Assembly (NCBI GenBank): GCA_001179505.1
Contig: CDMY01000429.1
Coordinates: 1-64,000, forward strand
Source of the DNA: Vitrella brassicaformis CCMP3155
Taxonomy: Eukaryota > Protista > Chromerida
Direction: 5' to 3'
DNA: 64,000 bases
Positions 11,375 through 20,953 of the stretch are shown piece after piece. The translations under genes and the position numbers were made by a program. Below the pieces are notes generated by a model. That model saw only the letters and a list, made by a program, of their open reading frames with translations. It was not told where the DNA came from and ran no database searches. Position 1 is the first letter of the stretch. Every line of letters begins with the position of its first letter.

Positions 11375-12578
11375 ATGACTGCAGTATCAGATGTATTTCG
11401 GCTTGTCGCCCTCATCGCGTCGCTCTGTCGGGCGCGTAGAGCAGCGGCGCAACCACATCTTTTCCCTCATCCACCGGACAGCGGAGCAATCGATGACCTC
11501 TCGAAGCCCGATGGCGGCAATGTGCTCACAGCCACAGCCAAGGGGCTCATCGGCACGCCCGCCGTCAACAACAAAACAGGAGCCTCACTCTTCCAATACG
11601 CCACCTTCCAGTGCGGTCCGCCAACAACAATCCTCTGTGCATGGCGTATGATTGCCTTGCGCTTATGTCCGTGTTTGTCGCCTCACGTGTGTCCAGGCAA
11701 GGACCCAACTCTCGGGGCTGCCGACCTGGAAGCTGACAGGGCGCTCCTGCAGGGATTCGGTGAGGACACCGCACCTGCACCTGCCTGCACCGAACACACA
11801 CAGAGGCTGAAGGACACACACATGGAATGGCTGGTTGCGTGTGCAGGCATGTTGGGGTGTGGGACTGATTTCCCTCTGTACGAGGTATACGCCGGGGCCC
11901 TCTTCAGTCAGTACTATGGTGCGCTGAGCGACGGCAGGTACAAGACACACGTCATCAAAATGGCCTCTATGAGCGGACGGGAGGCGTTCGAAGCCATCAA
12001 GAGGATAGACTTCTACAGCTTCCAATGGAAAAGGGACCGCAAACGACACCGTGCTAATGGGGATGAGACGCACAGGGACAGAGCCCCTTACGCGGACCAA
12101 TGGCAATTCGGTCGGTGGTGTTTCTCGCCCGATGAGCATAGGAGGCTTACAGTGTACGTGTGTCTGGGTGTCTGTCTGCATGTCTGTATGCTTGTCAGGT
12201 GTGTTGGCAGAGGAGTTGAGGAGCGTGTTGCCCGAGGTGGTGTTCGAGAGCAGTGTGGACAGGGGGGACGACAAGGCGCTGTACGTCAACCTGCCGGCCA
12301 TGCTCTACAAGACCATGCACGCCACGCAGCACATGGCACACGAGATGGAGGCGCACGACAGCCGGGCGGACGACGCACAGGCAGCCATAAGCGAGATCAG
12401 GCAGGAGCTAGCCGAGCTGACAAGGGATGTCAGAGAGATGAAGGCGCTGGTGAGTGCCGCTGTGGCCGATCGATATGAGCAGAGGGAGGGGCGGGCGGGA
12501 GGCGGCCAGGGGGATGTTGGGCCGCCTCTAGTCGATGCGCTTCAAGACTTGATTCCCCGCATGGGGAGGGACGACTGA
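11375..12578 (+). CDS. Secreted protein with C-terminal intramolecular chaperone auto-processing domain (peptidase S74/ICA, phage tail-fibre type) and coiled coil
   Basis: Four phase-consistent exons 11375-11615, 11697-11759, 11847-12110, 12199-12578 (315 aa). Leader MTAVSDVFRLVALIASLCRARRAAAQ. ICA signature SDGRYKTHV..AFEAIKRIDFYSFQWK..FGVLAEELRSVLPEVV..ALYVNLPAML, then a heptad coil (AISEIRQELAELTRDVREMKALV). Recognised by motif only. Confidence 0.85.
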
Positions 12579-14049
12579 TTAGAACGAAATGTGACGTGAT
12601 CTCATGCCTTTGTTGATAGAGACCGGTAGGTGCCTTCTATTTGTTTGTGTGCGTGTGGCTGACCAGAGTGTTGAATCGACTGCTGTCTATGTTCTTCTTC
12701 TCGGTGAATCGCTCGTGTCACGTGGGCACACACACGGCGCACACGGGCGGTCATCGATTCACAGACAGACAGCCAGCCGGCCTGTCCGTCGATCGAAGCA
12801 GTCGATGGAACCGAAGCGAAGTGAGCGAGAGAGAGGCAGTGGGTGTGCTGTGTGTCATATTTCGAATTCCTTCCTTGCTGCCGTTTGTTTTGTCCATGCG
12901 GTACGTATGACTGTCGTGGGTAATTAAGTGGTTCGGCAGTTGTGTGCACACACTGACACGTGCAGACAGTCAGTCAGAATACACATGTACTGTATACGTA
13001 TGTGTGTATGTCACGTCGATCGTTGGTATACAGAGGCGCGGCTGACGTCTGTACTCTTCTGTGTGTGGCGGGTGACATGGACACTTAACAATCGGTGGCC
13101 GCGACGTCAGTCAGTCCACTTGTTTACACACGTCGACGTCGGCACGTACCATCGACACAAAAGTGCTAATTAGCACACATACACATAGGTCTTCGATATC
13201 ACGGCGTACTCACTGAAGCCCACAAAGGTCAACGACACATCATCAGGTAAGCGAGGCCCAGGCAGCTTCAACACACACGAATGCACACCTGCACGCGACG
13301 TACCGACATGACAGCCACATGGGATTACTGCCATCATGCAGAGCACACAGCGCACGTGGCTGTTAGGCCAGTGCCCACCGAGGATGGTCATGTATGTGAA
13401 TGAGTGCATCAGGTGCGGCCCTCGGGCTGCGTCGACTCGATAATGACATCGCCTCCGTAGGCCTGACCACACAGACACAGACAGCCACGCCTTTCAGCCG
13501 TTACACACTGCCCCTTGTGTGTCTCTCTTTGTATGTCAGCCCACCTCTGTGGGCAGCGGTCTGTTCAGGACGTGCTCGTTGACTTCACGTGTCAGCTCAG
13601 CCATCTCTGTAAGTGAAGCCACGCACAGAGGGACACGATGCCCACACTAGTGGATGGATGGATGTCATGTGTGTGTGGCCTCTCTCTCTCCCCCTCACTG
13701 ACTGTCTTCCTTCGTCAGGGCAAACAGCAGACTTTCCTCGAGGGAATCCCCGCCGACCGACAACACACGCATCCGGGGGCGCAAGTCGACTGCACACACA
13801 CAAATAAATGGACGCCATGACACACAGTGACGGTCTGTCTTCCTCACTTTGTGTCGTCTGTGGGGCCGTCGGCTGTCCGATTATGTGTTGGTTGTGCACA
13901 GCTGCCGTGATCGGAGCCCTGGTGGCTGCACATCGTATCAGGATCGGTCGCTGTGTGTCTCAGTGTCTCTGTGTGTGCGTCGGGTGTGTACTGTCGTGTG
14001 TGTCGAATGCACATGGCGGGCGGGGCAATGGGCCGGCGGGCGGCACCAT

Positions 14050-14349
14050 NNNNNNNNNNNNNNNNNNNNNNNNNNNNNNNNNNNNNNNNNNNNNNNNNNN
14101 NNNNNNNNNNNNNNNNNNNNNNNNNNNNNNNNNNNNNNNNNNNNNNNNNNNNNNNNNNNNNNNNNNNNNNNNNNNNNNNNNNNNNNNNNNNNNNNNNNNN
14201 NNNNNNNNNNNNNNNNNNNNNNNNNNNNNNNNNNNNNNNNNNNNNNNNNNNNNNNNNNNNNNNNNNNNNNNNNNNNNNNNNNNNNNNNNNNNNNNNNNNN
14301 NNNNNNNNNNNNNNNNNNNNNNNNNNNNNNNNNNNNNNNNNNNNNNNNN
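14050..14349. other. Assembly gap (300 N)
   Basis: N run. Confidence 0.99.
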
Positions 14350-15761
14350 TGTCATATTTCGAATTCCTTCCTTGCTGCCGTTTGTTTTGTCCATGCGGTA
14401 CGTATGACTGTCGTTGGTAATTAAGTGATTCGGCAGTTGTGTGCACACACTGACACGTGCAGACAGTCAGTCAGAATACACATGTACTGTATACGTATGT
14501 GTGTATGTCATGTCGATCGTTGGTATACAGAGGCGCGGCTGACGCCTGTATTTAACAGTGTGTGTGGCTGGTGACATGGACACTTAACAATCGGTGGCCG
14601 CGACGTCAGTCAGTCCACTTGTTCACACACGTCGACGTCGGCACGTACCATCGACACAAAAGTGCTAATTAGCACACATACACATAGGTCTTCGATATCA
14701 CGGCGTACTCACTGAAGCCCACAAAGGTCAACGACACATCCATCAGGTAAGCGAGGCCCAGGCAGCTTCAACACACGAATGCACACCTGCACGCGACGTA
14801 CCGACATGACAGCCACATGGGATTACTGCCATCATGCAGAGCACACAGCGCACGTGGCTGTTGGGCCAGTGCCCACCGAAGATGGTCATGTATGTGAATG
14901 AGTGCATCAGGTGCGGCCCTCGGGCCGCGTCGACTCGATAATGACATCACCTCCGTAGGCCTGACCACACAGACACAGACAGCCACGCCTTTCACCCGTT
15001 ACACACTGCCACTTGTGTGTCTCTCTCTGTGTGTGTCAGCCTACCTCTGTGGGCAGCGGTCTGTTCAGGACGTGCTCGTTGACTTCTCGTGTCAGCTCAG
15101 CCATCTCTGTAAGTGAAGCCACACACACAGAGAGACATAATGCCAACACTAGTGGATGGATGGATGTCATGTGTGTGTGGCCTCTCTCTCTCCCCCTCAC
15201 TGACTGTCTTCCTTCGTCAGGGCAAACAGCAGACTTTCCTCGAGGGAATCCCCGCCGACCGACAACACACGCATCCGGGGGCGCAAGTCGACTGCACCCG
15301 CATAATGAGGCCATGACACACAGTGACGGTCTGTCTCCCTCACTTTGTGTCGTCTGTGGGGCCGTCGGCTGTCCGATCGTTTGCTGGTGGTACACAGCTG
15401 CCGTGATCGGAGCCCTGGTGGCTGCACATCGTATCAGGATCGGTCGCTGTGTGTCTCAGTGTCTCTGTGTGTGCGTCGGGTGTGTACTGTCGTGTGTGTC
15501 GAATGCACATGGCGGGCGGGGCAATGGGCCGGCGGGCGGCACCATCATCACACCAGGACCTAAGGGAGACACACACACACGAGCCCAGTGGACACAGCAG
15601 CACGACTCCCTCCCGACTCATTCACGCATACCATTCTGCATGACGGGAGGTCCATACGGCATCATCGTGGGGGCAGACGCCTCGTGGTGCGGCCAATACC
15701 CCACTGGGGCGCCTGCAGCACACGGACAGAAGACAGAGGGGACATCATGCAGTTAGTTGCA

Positions 15762-16061
15762 NNNNNNNNNNNNNNNNNNNNNNNNNNNNNNNNNNNNNNN
15801 NNNNNNNNNNNNNNNNNNNNNNNNNNNNNNNNNNNNNNNNNNNNNNNNNNNNNNNNNNNNNNNNNNNNNNNNNNNNNNNNNNNNNNNNNNNNNNNNNNNN
15901 NNNNNNNNNNNNNNNNNNNNNNNNNNNNNNNNNNNNNNNNNNNNNNNNNNNNNNNNNNNNNNNNNNNNNNNNNNNNNNNNNNNNNNNNNNNNNNNNNNNN
16001 NNNNNNNNNNNNNNNNNNNNNNNNNNNNNNNNNNNNNNNNNNNNNNNNNNNNNNNNNNNNN
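15762..16061. other. Assembly gap (300 N)
   Basis: N run. Confidence 0.99.
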
Positions 16062-17480
16062 CAGCCACGCCTTTCACCCGTTACACACTGCCACTTGTGT
16101 GTCTCTCTCTGTGTGTGTCAGCCTACCTCTGTGGGCAGCGGTCTGTTCAGGACGTGCTCGTTGACTTCTCGTGTCAGCTCAGCCATCTCTGTAAGTGAAG
16201 CCACACACACAGAGAGACATAATGCCAACACTAGTGGATGGATGGATGTCATGTGTGTGTGGCCTCTCTCTCTCCCCCTCACTGACTGTCTTCCTTCGTC
16301 AGGGCAAACAGCAGACTTTCCTCGAGGGAATCCCCGCCGACCGACAACACACGCATCCGGGGGCGCAAGTCGACTGCACACACACAAATAAATGGACGCC
16401 ATGACACACAGTGACGGTCTGTCTTCCTCACTTTGTGTCGTCTGTGGGGCCGTCGGCTGTCCGATTATGTGTTGGTTGTGCACAGCTGCCGTGATCGGAG
16501 CCCTGGTGGCTGCACATCGTATCAGGATCGGTCGCTGTGTGTCTCAGTGTCTCTGTGTGTGCGTCGGGTGTGTACTGTCGTGTGTGTCGAATGCACATGG
16601 CGGGCGGGGCAATGGGCCGGCGGGCGGCACCATCATCACACCAGGACCTAAGGGAGACACACACACACGAGCCCAGTGGACACAGCAGCACGACTCCCTC
16701 CCGACTCATTCACGCATACCATTCTGCATGCCGGGAGGTCCATACGGCATCATCGTGGGGGCAGACGCCTCGTGGTGCGGCCAATACCCCACTGGGGCGC
16801 CTGCAGCACACAGACAGACGACAGAGGGGGCATCATGCACTTAGTTGCATTGTGTGCCGCTCACCGTGTGGAGTGAATTTCATTTCGGTGTCGGTGTCGG
16901 ACTCGTGACGCGACAGAAAGCACCCGCAGCACGTCTGAACAAATGCGACCCACACAGTGAAGTCACGCACAGTGCATCCCCCATGGCTGGCTACTCAGCT
17001 GACCTTTTCAGAGGGCCTGACGGGGTTGCTTTGTTTGGCGCCCATTGCAGTACGGGAGACGCTCACTCAGTGCACAGTGAAGACCGACAGGCGACTCAAG
17101 GGGGTCACCGGATGGAGCAAAGGATGGAAGGCTCTCAAGTTGAGTCGAACGGGGGAAGAAAGGCAAAATGGGAAGGAGAGGGGGGTGTCCACAGTCGTTG
17201 CACTGCGGAGCGGGAGGGTCGCACAGACCCCACACGACGACAGCGCTCTGCGGCGCTGCAAAGGCGGGAGAACGATGCGAAGAAAGAGAGAGGGAAACGA
17301 TGCGATGGAATGCGATGCGAGTCGGGCGGACCCGGGATGACGGTGCTGCTGCACTCGACGGTCAGTCTTTTTTTGCAAACACGCTGGACGATGCCTCGAT
17401 AATCACAAATCGCTGGGAACTGCGCGAGCTTGTTGCGGGGGCGCCCCCAGGTGTGTGAACCTCTGTGTCTTCCCGTGAGA

Positions 17481-19060
17481 ATGGCGGCGCACAAGACGTT
17501 TCTTCTGGTCGCACTGTGCATCCTCGTAGAACTCCTCGTCACCGCCAATGGCGCCCATGAGCAGAGTAAGACCTCCTGGCCCACTGGCCTGCAGGCATGC
17601 CTGCAATGCTGCATTTGGTCTGCATGCGTTCATTCATTCTCGATCTGCCGGTGCGTCAATGTGCGCCCATCGACGAGAAATACGTGCGCCATGCGTTCAT
17701 ATGTGCGTGTGTGTGGGGGGGCTGCACTGTTGCAATGCAGGGACGTCTGCCGAACTGTCCCTCGTGCAGCTGCAGGAGCAGCTTGACCGCTACCAGGAGG
17801 CCATCGATGCCTTCAACCGCACCACAGCGGCCGCCAACAACCTCGCCCTCCTTGCGCACAACGTCCTCCACCACGCTCAGCAAATACTCCCGCAACCTCT
17901 GACGCACCTCAGTGAATACGTAAGGGCGACACCAGCTGAACTCCACACGTCAATGGACCGCTGCTCTTGTGCTGATTGTGTGTCAGAGTGACATCTTCGA
18001 TGCCGTCCTTCACGGCGATGATGCGGCGGTCAATCAGCTGCTGGAGGGGGACCCCACACTGATCGACAAACGAGACTTCTATGGGGTGTGCAATCGGGAA
18101 GGACGATAGAAATGCGCTCAGTGGTCTGTCTGTGTGTTCTCATCAATGCGCGCAGAGGACACCGTTCCTCGATGCTGCTGAGAAGGGTCACGTGGGCGTC
18201 ATGAAAGCCATCCATGAGAGCAAATCTGACGTGCTGCAGCAAACAACAGACGTACGCGGTACCGACACAGACAAAGAATGATCTGTGCTGCTGGTGAGTG
18301 ATGAGGAGCGATGTGTGTGTTGGCTGTGATGCAATGCAGGATAAAAAGAATGCCCTGCACCTCGCTGCCTACGATGGTCATGTTGCGGCGGTCGATCAGC
18401 TGCTGGAGTGGAATCCCAAACTGATCGATGCAGCTGACAAGGTGACAGAGCACACACACGTCTCTGACACCTCAGTGTGCCAACTGTGTGTGTGTGCGTT
18501 GATTGCAGTATGACAACACGCCACTCATGGGGGCTGCCTTCGGTGGTCATGTCGAGGTGATGGAGGTTTTGTATGCCAAAGGAGGGGAAGAGCTTCTCAA
18601 ACAGACGAACAATGTGAGACCTCATTCGCGAAACAGAAACACAGAATGCCTCTCATCTGTCTGATTGCCTTTGCCTGTCTGCATGACACACACAGGACAA
18701 CTGGACGGCACTCCATTGGGCTGTATGGGGGGCTGCGCGCCATGGCAACTCTGCAGCTGTGTCTCAGCTGTGAGCGACACAGATGACTGACTGACGCGAA
18801 TGTCTCATCCAATCTCTCTCGGTCTCTCTGTGTGTCTGTCTCAAAGGCTCAAGTGGTATCCCGAACTGCTCGACATCGAAGACAACGACGTCAGTACACA
18901 CAGACATTCACACCATCGATGGTTTGAGTCTTGTGCTTATCGCATCTCATGACGGCAGGGGAAGACGCCGTGGGACTTGGCGGAGAGGTACAACGAGGCG
19001 GAGATCGGAGGGATCATGGCGAACATCAACAAGTGTCAAGAAATTCAATTCGTAGGCTAG
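17481..19060 (+). CDS. Ankyrin-repeat protein with N-terminal signal peptide and short coiled coil
   Basis: Exons MAAHKTFLLVALCILVELLVTANGAHEQ / LVQLQEQLDRYQEAIDAF / SDIFDAV / RTPFLDAAEKGHVGVMK / KKNALHLAAYDGHVAAVDQLL / NTPLMGAAFGGHVEVMEVL / GKTPWDLA..FVG-stop, with mostly one ankyrin repeat per exon. Confidence 0.85.
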
Positions 19061-19673
19061 CTCCACAGATACACACATACACATACATACACACACACAG
19101 ACTGTAACAGAGAGGGAGACAGAGTGAGAGACACACAGAGAGAGAGGTTTTCCTGGCTGGCTGTGTCTCACTCAGTGAATTGTCCTCCAACGGATGGATG
19201 GATGCGTCACGACCTCGGTCTCTTTTCTTTTCTTTTGTGTTGTTTGTTTCTTTTTTTTTCATTTTTGCCGGAGAGGAGAGAGGGGCAAAGGGAAGAGAGA
19301 GGGGGAAGGGGAACATGCGAACGGAACACTGACCGTCTCGATCGATCCGAAGGACTCTTAAGATGCATGATCGATACGGATGTGCTGAAGCAATCAAACG
19401 AGACGACAGGCAATCAATCGGTTAAATCGATGCACATGAGGTCTTGACACCTCCACACACCCACCCCTGCACCCAACAGGCCCGTAAGTGGTGTACAGTT
19501 CAGTCCCCACACGAGACAGTCTCCATGTGCACAGTGCAGTACCGACACAATGATCGATCACATCACCGGACACAGCTCATGGTCCGCTGCACCGCGCCCG
19601 CCGGGCCAGAACAGCCTCGCTCGACATATTGCTGCACACGTTCAGGGATGCACGGCACGCATTCACCGGGCTG

Positions 19674-20850
19674 TCAGCGCACACAGTGTGTGTCTGTCAG
19701 GAACGTTTGTACCTCAGCAGCAGTAGGGGCGTTGTGGGTGTTTGTCTCCGTGTTGGTTGTGGGCGTGGTGGCTTCCGTCTGGCGCATGAGCCTGTCGTCG
19801 AGATTGCCGCCATACAGTTCGGCCTCGTCAACCCAGCTGATCGACGACCTGCAGTCAGCACAAATGGATGGATGGATGCCACGATTACCTTCGTCTGTGG
19901 TGGGTGTCACGGACCTCTCTACGATCCAGTCGATGACCCGCTGTGCCACGAGCATTGCCTCGAGCTTCGACTGCACTCGGGAGTCCTGCAGATTGAAATA
20001 CACACACACACATGCGTGTGTGTGTGTGTGGGGGGGGGGGTATTCTTTCTTAGGCGTGTGCGGACCGACCACAAGCTTGAGCTTCTTGATGTCTTGCTGC
20101 ACTGCACCGTGTCGATGGTGATCTGCAGCCCGTCAGGCTACACAGAGACACAAACAGACAGATAGACAGACAGGCACGTGTACTTAAGCGCAGACTCACC
20201 GCCACAGTCAGCCCCTCTCTCTCGGCGATCTCATCCACGATAGGATAAACGATGGATGCCTGCAGCTCCCTGCCCACAAATACACACACAGGTATGTGTG
20301 CAGTCCAGCAGAGCCGCCCTGTTGAATGCAATGCCTACTCACTACACTGTGTGATGGCGGCTTGTTTCCTGCGAAGGAAGGTACGCATCAAGTGAATGCG
20401 CTCACAGATGAATGGATGGACGGCCGTTTGTATCGGTATCTGTGCATTCGAAAGTCGAGGTCGGGCTTCACGGCCGTCGCCTGCTCTCAGCCAGACACAC
20501 ACACATACATACACACATGGGCACTGTGAGTGATGTGTGCGCGTGCCGACAGGCGTCCTGCTGCAGGTACCTACCTCTAGCTGCCTGTACATTGTCTCCC
20601 CCAGTGTGGCGAATGCGATCGACGGCCATACGTCCATCCGTCTCGATCTGAAACTGGAAGGGTTCGCCGGGCCTTTTGGCGTTTGAGCATGCGAGTCCTG
20701 ATCCACACGTGGGCCAGATCGCATGACAGGCAAACGTCCATGAAGACGCGAGAGACATCCAGCAATCGTCACTTGACGGAATGTATATGTATGCCCGCAG
20801 CATGGTCTCATCCACTGGCGTATGAGCAATAAGCACGACCACTCACTCAC
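19674..20850 (-). CDS. Hypothetical multi-exon protein
   Basis: Protein-like segments between microsatellite introns (MDVWPSIAFATLGETMYRQLE; ELQASIVYPIVDEIAEREG; LQDSRVQSKLEAMLVAQRVIDWIVE). Exon chain not fully resolved. Confidence 0.4.
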
Positions 20851-20953
20851 TCACTCCCTCGCTCACCAACAAATACCTCCGGCCTGCCTGTCTGTCTATC
20901 TATCTGCCCCTCAAACACCACACCATAACCCCTTAAGTGTAATCATCCGCTAG

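Larger units (their letters stand above)
12850..16860. repeat. Tandem array of about 1.5-kb units (three partial copies separated by gaps) carrying putative small exons
   Basis: About 12854-14049 recurs at 14350-15549; about 14984-15761 recurs at 16062-16850. Copies differ by substitutions and small indels. A diverged relative lies at about 10750-11070. Confidence 0.85.

Noticed and set aside
12850-16860. Repeat array as CRISPR or an autonomous transposon
   Set aside because: Units are about 1.5 kb with no short repeat-spacer structure, and no transposase, RT, terminal inverted repeats or LTRs were recognised.
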